Below, in pieces: positions 1-9,301 of a DNA stretch of 47,095 bases. The notes beneath the pieces were generated by a model. The model saw only the letters and a program-made list of their open reading frames with translations. It had not been told where the DNA came from and did no database searches. The stretch spans positions 1 to 47,095 of the forward strand of contig JBDHAC010000026.1 in assembly GCA_039588275.1 (NCBI GenBank), in the 5' to 3' direction. The DNA comes from Gemmatimonadota bacterium (GTDB lineage: Bacteria; Gemmatimonadota; Gemmatimonadetes; Palauibacterales; Palauibacteraceae). Position 1 is the stretch's first letter. Each line of letters opens with the position of its first letter. The position numbers were made by a program, and so were the translations under genes.

Positions 1-674
1 ATCCGGAGCCTCGGGTCCTCTTCACCCAGCTCTCGACTCTCTCGAAACCCGTCACGGTTGGACACGATAGAAAGAGTCCGGGGGTTGTCGGGCGGATACT
101 CGTACGTCGTGGATCGAGCTGGGCGAAGCCTGTACCCGTAGGGCTCGTACGCCTGGTAGAGATCCGGACGTTTGGTGATCGGTGGGTAGGGGGGAGGTGG
201 GTACATGTTCGCGGCACGTAGAGCGGCCTCGGCGGCACCCAGCGCCAAGAGACTACTGGCCAGCGCGAGGATGACCCCTGCCCGTCGGCTCGCCATCCGG
301 CCTGAGGCCACGAGTTCGGACTCCGGCGGTGTCCGCAGAGCCGCCGCGGGTGGAGGCGGTCCGGCAGCGGTCGCCGGGGGTTCGTCAGCGGTGGCCCGCT
401 TCCGCACGGCCCGGATGAGTGCGTAGGTAGCCAGGAGCAATAGACCGACGGTGAGGAGCGCGAACGTGATCATCGGCACGAGCGCGTGCCAATCCGCCAG
501 ATACGAATCCAGAGAGATACTCCCCCGGCCCGATAGAATCCGGTCGGCCATGGGGAGCCGGCCGCCGTGCGCCAGTCCGATCAACCACGGCACCAGCATC
601 CGAGCAGCCGCCAGCCACCCCAACAGCAAGAGCACTCCGGCCCCGCACCACCTCAGGATCGGTCGGAGGCTCAT
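1..674 (-). CDS. Membrane-anchored SGNH/GDSL hydrolase-like protein (3'-truncated by window edge)
   Basis: Missing from the ORF track because it runs off the edge. I read it by hand: ATG at 674 with AAGGAG upstream and no stop to base 1. It encodes MSLRPILRWCGAGVLLLLGWL..., several hydrophobic segments, then LALGAAEAALR...YGYRLRP...SNRDGFR...DPRLR, the usual lead-in to the GDS motif of SGNH proteins. The catalytic motif itself is outside the window. Confidence 0.65.
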   Translation of the reverse strand, partial: MSLRPILRWCGAGVLLLLGWLAAARMLVPWLIGLAHGGRLPMADRILSGRGSISLDSYLADWHALVPMITFALLTVGLLLLATYALIRAVRKRATADEPPATAAGPPPPAAALRTPPESELVASGRMASRRAGVILALASSLLALGAAEAALRAANMYPPPPYPPITKRPDLYQAYEPYGYRLRPARSTTYEYPPDNPRTLSIVSNRDGFRESRELGEEDPRLR

Positions 675-809
675 GGATCTCCTTGCATCTCGTATCCGTC
701 CGATTGTCGGGCACCCTGCATTCAACGACCCCGTAGATTATGCGGCGTCAACCGCCATCGCCCCGCAAGAGCCAAGCCGTCTGAGGTGCTGCGGTCGGAT
801 TCGGTCAGC

Positions 810-851
810 CCGGAGAAGCATACCTTCAGGCCGGAGAAGCATACCTTCTCC
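810..851. repeat. 18-bp direct repeat x2 (21-bp period) containing an inverted repeat; candidate operator in a divergent promoter region
   Basis: CCGGAGAAGCATACCTTC at 810-827 and 831-848. The second copy extends to GGAGAAG-catac-CTTCTCC (833-851). Confidence 0.6.
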
Positions 852-979
852 CGCACCCCATTCGGAGGCGAGAAACCAAGCAATGGGAGCATCTTTCTTG
901 CAGGATCTGACGCTTTGAACCGGGTCATACCTCAGTCCTGGCTTGGGGAGGAGCGGCGGTGCGCGTAGCGAGATTCGAG

Positions 980-2446
980 ATGAAGCGAAGCGTGCACCGC
1001 ATTGCCCCGGCGGTCACCGCGCTGGTGTCTGCTGCCTGCGGCCAAGCCGTTCACACGTCAGCTGGAGACACCGACGCTTCAGGCAACGCCTGGAACATGC
1101 GCCTGGTGGGCGAGCATCGCCTGCAAGGTCGCTCCGCCTATCAGCCGGTGATCCACAGATATGGAGAGCGGTGGGTCTTGTTCGCCGGGCATCACGCCGG
1201 CGAGGGTCTGAGTCCGCTGACCGGGGAACTGGAGAGGAACGGCATGTCGGTCATCGACGTGACCCACCCGGCGAACCCGGTTCTGATGCGTCACTTTCCG
1301 CCAACAGGTCCTGATGCCAGCGGGACACAACATGTGCAGGTCTGCACCGGAGCAGATTTGCCGTCGGGCGATCCGAACAAAGTCTATTTGTTGCGCACAA
1401 ACGGCCAGATCAGCCACGAAATCCTGGATGTCACGGACCCTGCCAATCCGGAATTCATGACTACCGTCGTGACCACGGGTCTTACCGACGACGGGGTGCG
1501 TAGCACACACAAGAACTGGTGGGACTGTGAAAGTGGCATCGGTTACCTGATATCGACGGTACGGGATTGGGCCGTGCCCCGGGTACTTCAGGCCTTTGAC
1601 CTGTCGAACCCGATGGAGCCGAAACATATCAGGGACTTCGCCCTCGTTGGCATGCACCCAGACGCGGGAAGCGACCCTGCGGATGCCACCGGCATACATC
1701 ACCCGGTCGTGGTCGGCAACCGCATCTACCTGGGTTATGGCAGCAGCCGGAACGGCGTTCTGCAGATCCTCGACCGCGACAAGTTCCTGAACGGCGACCC
1801 CGAGATCGCAAGTCCTTTTGCACCTACGAAAGAGAATCTCCTCTTTCCGCAGATTGCCCGCCTCGACATGCCTACCTTCTGGGGCACCCATACGGCCAAG
1901 CCGGTTCTTGGAGTGAAGATCGAAGATCATCCCGGTGACCCCGGCACTCGCGAGCGCGACTTTCTGATCGTCGTGTCTGAAGCCAGCTCAACGCGCTGCC
2001 GGGAGACACGCCATGCCATGTTCATGCTTGACATCACGCAGGAGGACAAACCCTATCCGGTGTCCAGCTTTCAGGTCCCGGATGAGCCAGGCAGTTTCTG
2101 CAACAGGGGTGGCCGCTTCGGGCCCCACGCCCAGCACGACGCGTTTCACCCGGCTTTCGACAAGAACCTCGTTCTCTTGTCCTATTTCAATGCCGGTGTG
2201 CGCGCGGTCGATATTCGCGATCCCTTCAGACCCACGGAGGTGGGCTTCTTCATTCCCGACGTGAACGATACGACGCGCCCGAGCTGTATCGAGGTTGACG
2301 GCAAGCGCGAATGCGACACGGTAATCCAAACGAACAACGTCAACATCGATGACCGCGGCTACGTCTATTTGCTCGACCGGGCAGGCGCCGGCCTCCACAT
2401 CGTCGAACTGACGGGAGATGCGGCAGCGATCGTAGGCCGTGGTTAG
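980..2446 (+). CDS. LVIVD repeat-containing beta-propeller lipoprotein
   Basis: Signal peptide with lipobox-like VSAAC. Repeats GMSVIDVTHPANP, EILDVTDPANP, QAFDLSNPMEP and YFNAGVRAVDIRDPFRPTEVGFFIP. ATG 980 preferred over GTG 959. Confidence 0.8.
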   Translation: MKRSVHRIAPAVTALVSAACGQAVHTSAGDTDASGNAWNMRLVGEHRLQGRSAYQPVIHRYGERWVLFAGHHAGEGLSPLTGELERNGMSVIDVTHPANPVLMRHFPPTGPDASGTQHVQVCTGADLPSGDPNKVYLLRTNGQISHEILDVTDPANPEFMTTVVTTGLTDDGVRSTHKNWWDCESGIGYLISTVRDWAVPRVLQAFDLSNPMEPKHIRDFALVGMHPDAGSDPADATGIHHPVVVGNRIYLGYGSSRNGVLQILDRDKFLNGDPEIASPFAPTKENLLFPQIARLDMPTFWGTHTAKPVLGVKIEDHPGDPGTRERDFLIVVSEASSTRCRETRHAMFMLDITQEDKPYPVSSFQVPDEPGSFCNRGGRFGPHAQHDAFHPAFDKNLVLLSYFNAGVRAVDIRDPFRPTEVGFFIPDVNDTTRPSCIEVDGKRECDTVIQTNNVNIDDRGYVYLLDRAGAGLHIVELTGDAAAIVGRG

Positions 2447-2567
2447 GGTAACCGTGAAGAAAACTGAGCTCGAGCCCGTCATATCACCGAGCCATGTACG
2501 CTTCCCGGCGACCGAGCTCGCACGTTAACATCGCGGCCGCGAGGCAGCTTCGGGCGGAGGGCGCTGC

Positions 2568-3815
2568 GTGACAGAATCACCCCAGACGTCGGGCCCACGA
2601 CCTGCCGGGTCGCCTCCTGGCGCTCCACCGGACGGGACCTCCTCGTCCGCGCTCGACCGGCTAAGGCGCGTCACGCGGGACTCGGGGCCCCTATGGGCCG
2701 CCACTCAAGTGCTCGACCGCCTTCTTCCGGTCAGCCCACTCCGACTGTGGCGCCCGAAGACGGTTTCGGTGGAGCGGCTCACTGAGCAGGTCGACGCCAT
2801 CCTACGTGCGTGGGGAATGTCCGTGGAGCACGCTGAAATCACGGCGGAGCTCATCGTCTACGCCGACGCGCACGGGATCGATTCGCACGGCTGCAGCATG
2901 CTGCCGGGCTATCACAGAGACTTGAGGGACGGCGTGCTCGACATGACCCCGAACATCGAAGTCGTGCGTGAAAGCGACACCACCGGGCTGGTGGATGGAG
3001 GCGGCGGGCTCGGCCACCTCCCAGCGCGAACGGCCATGGAACTGGCGATATCGAAGTGTCGTGTCAGCGGAGTGGGGGCCGTCGGCGTTCGGAACTCCGG
3101 CCATTACGGCGCGGCCGGAGCCTACGCCGAGATGGCCGTTCGCGAGGGTCTGATCGGTGTGGCGACGACCAACACGCGCGCCGCCGCGGTCGTCCCTACC
3201 TTCGCGACCGAAGCCGTGCTCGGCACGAACCCGCTCGCCTTCGCCGCACCCGCCGGAAGAAACCCACCGTTTCTACTCGACATGGCTACGAGCACAGTCC
3301 CGGTCGGCCGGCTCATCGAACGATGGAGGGAGGGGCGCGCGATTCCGGTCGGTTGGGCGCTGAATCCGAGCGGCAAACCAACCCGAAGCGCACGCAGGGC
3401 GTGGCACTACCGACGCATGACTCCCCTCGGCGGGAGCCACGAGATGGGCAGTCACAAGGGATACGGGCTGGCCGCTATGGTCGAGATCCTCACGTCGGTG
3501 CTTCCCGGGGAACCATTCCCTCGACCTCGCTCCAAGTCGCCCGGCGGGGTGGGACACTTCTTCGTCGCGCTCGATCCCGCACGTTTTCGTGACGTGACGG
3601 ATTTCCAATCGGACATGGACGAGCTGATCGACACACTGCACTCGAGCGCTCGGAGCCGGCCGTCCAGACCCGTTCTGGTAGCCGGCGACCCCGAGCGCAC
3701 CGCTCTTGCCGAACGGAGCGCGTCGGGGATCCCGATGTCACGGAGCGTTTTCGAGGATCTGAGGGCTATCGCCCGGACGTCCAAGGTCGATTTCGTGCTG
3801 GGCGGCGCCGCGTGA
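2568..3815 (+). CDS. Ldh_2 family (malate/L-lactate/sulfolactate-type) NAD(P)-dependent dehydrogenase
   Basis: Motifs ADAHGIDSHG, VRNSGHYG, LGTNPLAFAAP, LDMATS, GSHKGYGL, GHFFVALDP and VLVAGDPE. It has a ~65-aa N-terminal extension. Confidence 0.9.
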   Translation: MTESPQTSGPRPAGSPPGAPPDGTSSSALDRLRRVTRDSGPLWAATQVLDRLLPVSPLRLWRPKTVSVERLTEQVDAILRAWGMSVEHAEITAELIVYADAHGIDSHGCSMLPGYHRDLRDGVLDMTPNIEVVRESDTTGLVDGGGGLGHLPARTAMELAISKCRVSGVGAVGVRNSGHYGAAGAYAEMAVREGLIGVATTNTRAAAVVPTFATEAVLGTNPLAFAAPAGRNPPFLLDMATSTVPVGRLIERWREGRAIPVGWALNPSGKPTRSARRAWHYRRMTPLGGSHEMGSHKGYGLAAMVEILTSVLPGEPFPRPRSKSPGGVGHFFVALDPARFRDVTDFQSDMDELIDTLHSSARSRPSRPVLVAGDPERTALAERSASGIPMSRSVFEDLRAIARTSKVDFVLGGAA

Positions 3816-3828
3816 GGCGGACACCGGC

Positions 3829-5157
3829 ATGAGCTCCCTCGCAGCCCGGCTGCACGGCAGCGCCGTGATCGCCGCCTACATGCGCGGCCAGCGCCGGGTC
3901 CCTTTCATGCCCCGTGAGAAGCTGCACGCCCTCCGCGATGCGCGCATCCGGCGCATCGTCGCGTACGCGGCGCGAACGGTCCCGTACTATCGCGACCTGT
4001 TCGCGAGGGAAAGAGTCGATGCCCGTGATGTTCGCGGCGCGGCCGACCTCGACCGATTGCCGACGATCGAGCGTGAGGTGGTCAGACAGAACCCGCACCT
4101 GTTCATCTCGGAGGCGAGACCCTCGAGGACCGCCCTGTCCTTTCTCACCAGCGGGTCCACGGGCATCCCCCTGGAAGTCCACCACGACCGTCGCTCGATG
4201 CTGGCCAACATCGCGTTCGGGGAGAGGGAGAGAGCGCCCGTCAACCGGATATGCGGTGGGTCCTTCCGTCCGAAGGAACTCTACGTCGGCTACGAGACCT
4301 CCACCTTCAAGAAAGTGATCGCCTTCTACGAGCAGAGCACCCTGCAACCGATGCGTCCGCGCAGACGGTTCGTGCCGTTGCACGAGCCCATCGACAAGAT
4401 CGCGGAGATCGCAAACGCGGAGAAACCGGATGTCCTCGTGGGGTACGGGGGCTGGATCGACCTGTTCTTCAAGACCGTCGTCGCCCGCGACATCGAGATT
4501 CACGTGCCCAAGGCCGTAATGTACATGGGCGAAGCTCTGCCCCCGGGCGCTCGCTCGCACATCGAGGAGCATTTCGGGATTCCGGTGCTGTCACGCTACA
4601 ACGCCGTCGAGTCGTTCAAGATCGGCTACTTCTGTGATGCTCTGACCGGCTTCCATGTCCACGAGGACATCTGCCACGTCCGGGTCGTGGGCCCGGACGG
4701 CACGGCTGTAGCAGGCGGCGAACACGGTGAGCTGGTCATCAGCAACCTGATCAACCGCGCGTCCGTCCTGCTCAACTATCCGATCGGCGACGTCGCGTCA
4801 TTGTCCGATCGCCCCTGTCCGTGCGGTCGCACGTTCAGGCTGATGTCCGAGCTGGAAGGCCGCGTCGAGGATATCCTGTTGCTCCCCGATGGCCGGTTCG
4901 TTCATCCGCGCGAAATCTGGCAGGTCTTCAAACCGGATCGTGAAGTGCTCCAATACCAGGTGATCCAGCACCCAGCGGATCGCTACGAAATCTTCCTGGC
5001 CACGGTGGACGAGCCCGCCTTTGCCCGGGCTCGCGATCGTGCCCTTCCAGGGCTATCGGCTCTGCTGGGAGAGAGGGCGCGGATCGATGTAAGCTGGCGC
5101 CCCGAACTGGACTTCCGCAGCGGCGGAAAGTTCCGCGCCGTGGCCTCTCGAGCCTGA
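3829..5157 (+). CDS. Phenylacetate-CoA ligase-like / CapK-like adenylate-forming enzyme
   Basis: VPYYRDLF, AMP-binding loop TSGSTGIP, RYNAVE, NYPIGD, CPCGR, EGRVED and C-terminal GGKFR. Confidence 0.85.
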   Translation: MSSLAARLHGSAVIAAYMRGQRRVPFMPREKLHALRDARIRRIVAYAARTVPYYRDLFARERVDARDVRGAADLDRLPTIEREVVRQNPHLFISEARPSRTALSFLTSGSTGIPLEVHHDRRSMLANIAFGERERAPVNRICGGSFRPKELYVGYETSTFKKVIAFYEQSTLQPMRPRRRFVPLHEPIDKIAEIANAEKPDVLVGYGGWIDLFFKTVVARDIEIHVPKAVMYMGEALPPGARSHIEEHFGIPVLSRYNAVESFKIGYFCDALTGFHVHEDICHVRVVGPDGTAVAGGEHGELVISNLINRASVLLNYPIGDVASLSDRPCPCGRTFRLMSELEGRVEDILLLPDGRFVHPREIWQVFKPDREVLQYQVIQHPADRYEIFLATVDEPAFARARDRALPGLSALLGERARIDVSWRPELDFRSGGKFRAVASRA

Positions 5158-5173
5158 GCGGTGGGTTCCTGAC

Positions 5174-6391
5174 CTACCCGGGCTGACTGGGGTCCTGAAC
5201 GACCTGGCGTCCACGACCGTGAACAACGGCCGATGCGGCCTCCCGAGCCGTGCGGCTCCATTGGGCCAGAAACGGGCGCGGATCGCGCGCCGACCAGACC
5301 GCGAAGATCTTCGGCCGCCGGTACGGCGCCAGGTAATCACTGAATCCGACCTGTTCCCGACGCCGATCCAGGGTCGAGCGCAGTACGTCGGCGTGCAGGT
5401 GGATCCACACTCCTCCCCACCGGGTGCGCTCCACGGGCTCGGTCTGCCCCAGGACGTAGTCGGACCAGGCGACCCGGGCCAGATCCAGCCCGCCCCGCCT
5501 TATCAGCCGGTTATAGATGACCGATCGGCCGTTGACCTCCATGAAGCGGAATGTCCCGTCGCGAGGGTCGAGCTTGTACTCGGCCACACCGATGCCACGG
5601 AATCCCATGTGGCGGAGGATTTCCACAGTGGGCTCCCGCAAGCGGGCGTCCTCGTCACCCAGCTCCGCGACCCGAGCCACGCCGAACGAAGCCGGGCTCT
5701 GGCGAAGCTTGCGGACAGTGACCCCCGGGCTCGGGTTCCCCTCCCTGTCCACGTACACGCAATAACAGAAGATCTGGTTGTCGGCGCCTGGAATCAGATC
5801 GAACACATGCCCGGTCACCCCGGCGTCTGCGAACGAACGCACGCACTCCAGCAACTCGTCTCTCGTGTTCGCCACGAGTAGCTTCGAGTGGAAGCGTGGC
5901 GCGAACGTGTGCCCGACGTCCGGCTTGACGACCACAGGATAGGAGATCGCGCCGGACGATGCCGTGGCGTGGGTCGCCGGGCCGAAGCTCCGTGGGAGTG
6001 GGACTCCGACCGCGTCGGCCACCCGCATCATGCGATCCTTGGCCAGCAGGTAGGGAACGGCGTCCGGCGGTGGGATCACGAGTCGATAGCAGCGCGAGAG
6101 CTTCTCGGCGTGTTGGGCGAGACTCGCGAGCGCCTCGTCGTTGGTCGGGAACACGGCCCGTCCCGACCATTGCCGGGCGCGGTACTCGAGGAGTTCGGCG
6201 AGAGAATCCGGCCGGTCTTGTAGATTGTCGATGTGGTGCCGTTCGTCCACCCACCGCGAGTGCTGCGCGATGTCAAACGGCTGGGTCGTGATCACTGAAA
6301 CGCGGATACCGAGCCCCCCCAGTGCGCGAACGATCCCGAGGCCGTTGACGAACCCACCGACGACGATGGTGCCTTCCGGATCCGGAGGCAC
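5174..6391 (-). CDS. ATP-grasp carboxylate-amine ligase (D-aspartate ligase-like)
   Basis: NGLGIVRALG, VFPTND, YPVVVKP, DLIPG, RKLRQ and EYKLDPRDGTFRFMEVNGR. The frame is open to 6424. GTG 6391 was chosen to avoid overlap with the divergent gene, so the start is uncertain. Confidence 0.8.
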   Translation of the reverse strand: MPPDPEGTIVVGGFVNGLGIVRALGGLGIRVSVITTQPFDIAQHSRWVDERHHIDNLQDRPDSLAELLEYRARQWSGRAVFPTNDEALASLAQHAEKLSRCYRLVIPPPDAVPYLLAKDRMMRVADAVGVPLPRSFGPATHATASSGAISYPVVVKPDVGHTFAPRFHSKLLVANTRDELLECVRSFADAGVTGHVFDLIPGADNQIFCYCVYVDREGNPSPGVTVRKLRQSPASFGVARVAELGDEDARLREPTVEILRHMGFRGIGVAEYKLDPRDGTFRFMEVNGRSVIYNRLIRRGGLDLARVAWSDYVLGQTEPVERTRWGGVWIHLHADVLRSTLDRRREQVGFSDYLAPYRRPKIFAVWSARDPRPFLAQWSRTAREAASAVVHGRGRQVVQDPSQPG

Positions 6392-6403
6392 AAGGCTTCC
6401 GCT

Positions 6404-7243
6404 ATGACGCCCTCTACTGGTCAAGGCATTCTACGGCACGCCGCTTATCGACTGGTGCAAAGGACTTGGAGCACGTGGGCCAGGCTTCGGTATGCGCGGG
6501 AGTTCGATGACGTCGCCGCTTTCTGTCTGTTTGTAGGCTACCCGCGAAGCGGCCACAGTCTGGTCGGTGCGTTCCTGAACGCCCACAAGCACGCCGTCGT
6601 CTCGCACGAGTTGAACGCACCACCCCTCATATTGAGCGGGTGCACGCGGGACGAGCTCTACGCCCGCATCCTGGCACGCGCAGGATGGTTCAACCTCCGT
6701 GGCAACGCCAGCAACTACCCGTACCAGATCCCCAACCAATGGCAGGGTCGCTTCGAGGCCCTCAGGCTGGTGGGCGACAAGCGTGGTGGGGCGGTCACGC
6801 GCTGTATCGCCGACCATCCGGGGTTCCTGGAGATCGTGCGGGAACTCGTGAGGGCGCCCCTTCGTCTCGTCCACGTCGTCCGGAACCCTTACGACAACAT
6901 TGCCGCGATCTCGCTCTGGCACCACATGCCGCTGGAGGAGAGTATCGACTTCTACTTTCGCCATTGCGACACCGTCGCGAGGTTGAACCAGATCACCGCG
7001 CCCGGTGAGGTGTTCAGCCTCCGCCACGAGGACGTGATACGCGATCCCGCGTCGGCCCTGTCCAGGCTGTGCGATTTCGTGCAGTTGGAAAGATACCCGG
7101 GATACCTGGACGATTGCAGCAGTGTGGTCTTCGAATCCCCCACTTACACACGCCGCCGCGTCGATTGGGGCGACCGGCTCAGCGCGACCGTCGAGGCTCG
7201 GTTGAGGTCATATCCCGCCCTGGTGGACTACACGTTCGACTGA
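6404..7243 (+). CDS. PAPS-dependent sulfotransferase family protein
   Basis: 5'-PSB-like loop FVGYPRSGHSLVGAFLNAH, GDKRGG, 3'-PB-like VHVVRNPYDNIA and LRHEDVIRDP. Confidence 0.8.
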   Translation: MTPSTGQGILRHAAYRLVQRTWSTWARLRYAREFDDVAAFCLFVGYPRSGHSLVGAFLNAHKHAVVSHELNAPPLILSGCTRDELYARILARAGWFNLRGNASNYPYQIPNQWQGRFEALRLVGDKRGGAVTRCIADHPGFLEIVRELVRAPLRLVHVVRNPYDNIAAISLWHHMPLEESIDFYFRHCDTVARLNQITAPGEVFSLRHEDVIRDPASALSRLCDFVQLERYPGYLDDCSSVVFESPTYTRRRVDWGDRLSATVEARLRSYPALVDYTFD

Positions 7244-7259
7244 TTCCGCATCTGCGCGT

Positions 7260-8306
7260 GTGGATCTTGCAGCGACGGATCGAGCGGAGGTGGTGGAGGT
7301 GAAGGGGGAGCGAGAGAATCGCCAAGTGACAGCATACGCCGATCAGCCGGAGAGCCGGGCGGTAGCCGTCGTACGGGCCGAACAGACCGGGGCTCCCGCT
7401 GTCGGAGCCGTCGACGCTTCCGCTGGCCGAACCGTCGACCCTCCCGCTGTCGGAGCCGTCGACCCTTCCGCTGGCGGAGCCGTCGACTCGTCCGCTGGCG
7501 AAGATGCGGAATACTGGCATCTGGCGATCCAGGATTTCGCCACGGAACGCTCTCACGAGCTCTGGCGGCGTCACAGCGACCGCATCAACCGCGAGCTTCT
7601 CGAACGCTGGCTGGTCGCTCAGCCCGCTGGGCTGGTGTTGAAGACGGATCTGTTCGACGAGGCGGTGAGCGAGGGGCTCGTGCCGTTCTTGGAAGGACGG
7701 GCTGACGGCGTCGTGGGAATCGACGTCTCACAGTTCGTCCTGACGAACGCTGGCCAACGGTTTCCGAGATTGCGCGCCGTCAGCGCGGATGTTCGGCAGC
7801 TGCCGTTCGAGGATGGATGTTTCGATCGGATCGTCTCGCTATCGACGCTCGACCACTTCAACTCTCACGAGGAAATCGTTCATGCGCTCGAAGAGCTCAG
7901 TCGGATACTGCGGCCCGGTGGCGAACTGCTGCTGACGCTCGACAACCTGGCCAATCCGCTCGTTCGGCTGAGAAACGCGTTGCCACTCGGCCTGCTCCAC
8001 CGTCTCGGCATCGTACCGTATTACGTCGGTCCGACCTGCGGTCCGCGGCGGCTCCAGGCACACGTGCGAGAAGCGTCGCTTCAGGTGATGGAGACCACGG
8101 CCGTCATGCATGCCCCACGCGTCCTGGCGGTGGCGTTGGCGCGGTGGCTACGGTCTCGAGCGAGCCCATCGGTCCAGGACAGCTTTCTCGAAGCGTTGCG
8201 CGGTTTCGAGCGCTTGCGTGCGTGGCCCACCCGCTTCTTGACCGGCTACTTCATCGCGGTGCGCGCCATGAAGCCGGCCGAGGTGCGACCTGACGTGCTC
8301 TTGTAG
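7260..8306 (+). CDS. Class I SAM-dependent methyltransferase with N-terminal 8-aa repeats
   Basis: VVGIDVS, ADVRQLPFEDGCFDRIVSLSTLDHF and RILRPGGELLL. Motif I is the atypical VLKTDLFDEA. Start uncertain (GTG 7260, 7299 or 7326). Confidence 0.8.
   Translation: MDLAATDRAEVVEVKGERENRQVTAYADQPESRAVAVVRAEQTGAPAVGAVDASAGRTVDPPAVGAVDPSAGGAVDSSAGEDAEYWHLAIQDFATERSHELWRRHSDRINRELLERWLVAQPAGLVLKTDLFDEAVSEGLVPFLEGRADGVVGIDVSQFVLTNAGQRFPRLRAVSADVRQLPFEDGCFDRIVSLSTLDHFNSHEEIVHALEELSRILRPGGELLLTLDNLANPLVRLRNALPLGLLHRLGIVPYYVGPTCGPRRLQAHVREASLQVMETTAVMHAPRVLAVALARWLRSRASPSVQDSFLEALRGFERLRAWPTRFLTGYFIAVRAMKPAEVRPDVLL
7393..7500 (+). repeat. Coding tandem repeat, 24-bp unit x4.5
   Basis: Units start at 7393, 7417, 7441, 7465 and 7489 (consensus CTYCCGCTGKCGGAGCCGTCGACC). 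They encode PAVGAVDA/SAGRTVDP/PAVGAVDP/SAGGAVDS. Confidence 0.9.
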
Positions 8307-8380
8307 GGGTGAATCGGCGGGACGCGGCATCTCCCACGCCCACCGCTGCCATCCTCCTTCTCACACACATCGCCGACTGA

Positions 8381-8410
8381 CGAGGGGCGGCTCACTCGAG
8401 CCGCCCCTCG
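8381..8410. terminator. Perfect 13-bp hairpin between convergent genes
   Basis: CGAGGGGCGGCTC-actc-GAGCCGCCCCTCG, between the stops at 8306 (+) and 8482 (-). No clear U-tract. Confidence 0.6.
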
Positions 8411-8481
8411 CGCGTGTTACGAGTGCGGACCACGAAGCCTGGAGCGACGCGGCCCCGACCCCGCCGAGAAGGATTCTCGAC

Positions 8482-9246
8482 CTACGGTCGCGAGATCGTA
8501 ATGTCCCACTGGTAGTCGTCGTGGGTGTGGCAGATCTCGTTGAACTCGGTCGCCGCGTCCGCGGCCTCGTTCTGAATGTCGGCGATGAGCGCATCGCGGT
8601 GGGCGTAGAGCGTGGGGCCGTCTGCCGCGTCGAGGGCCAGAAGGCGCCGGATCTTGCCGCCGACATCGTGTGCTAGCCAGATCCACGAGCCGAAGGCGCC
8701 CTCGCCAACGTGGCGGTTCAGGATCGGCGCGAGAGACTCCAGCACGATCTCGTCCGCACGCGCTTCGCGGGCGATGTCACATTGGTAGTAGGAGCTCAGA
8801 CCCACCGAAGGCCTGGCCTGGGCGACCGCTTCCGGGTCGGAAGAAGCCACGACGCTGAAGATGTAATCCTCGTGATTCGGGCAGATGTCGGTCATCTCAC
8901 GGCTCGCCTGCTGCGCCTCGCCGCCCTCCTGAAGCGCCTCGATGATCGCGTTTCTCACGGTCAGCAGCGTCGCGCGATCCGGGGCGATCATGTACTCGGC
9001 GCGGCGCCAATCCCCGCCGATCCGGTGGGAGAGCCACCCCCAGGCGAGCAGGTCACCGGCCTCGACGTGCCCATCGAGAATCGGACCCATCACGTATTCC
9101 TGGACCATGTCCGCGAACGCCTCGCGGTTCTGATCACACTGATAATACGTCCCGAACACGTAGGGATTCCCGTCTTCCTGCGCCTGTACCGTCTCCGGGG
9201 CGACCAGCCCTCCGACCACGACCGCGATCGCCAGAAACCGTTTCAT
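8482..9246 (-). CDS. Secreted protein of unknown function with two internal ~105-aa repeats
   Basis: GGAGG RBS and Sec signal peptide (..VQA|QE). Two copies of YYQCD..RE..AD...PIL..HV..G...W.WL.H..GG..RR...IC..H.DY. Confidence 0.8.
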   Translation of the reverse strand: MKRFLAIAVVVGGLVAPETVQAQEDGNPYVFGTYYQCDQNREAFADMVQEYVMGPILDGHVEAGDLLAWGWLSHRIGGDWRRAEYMIAPDRATLLTVRNAIIEALQEGGEAQQASREMTDICPNHEDYIFSVVASSDPEAVAQARPSVGLSSYYQCDIAREARADEIVLESLAPILNRHVGEGAFGSWIWLAHDVGGKIRRLLALDAADGPTLYAHRDALIADIQNEAADAATEFNEICHTHDDYQWDITISRP

Positions 9247-9301
9247 GCTGTACCTCCCGCGTGTGAATGAGTGCTGAGTGTAGCCAGGTCCGCGATCTCG
9301 T

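Noticed and set aside
7393..7500. Possible CRISPR array
   Set aside because: The units are contiguous, with no unique spacers and no cas genes. The same applies to the repeats at 810 and 9302.
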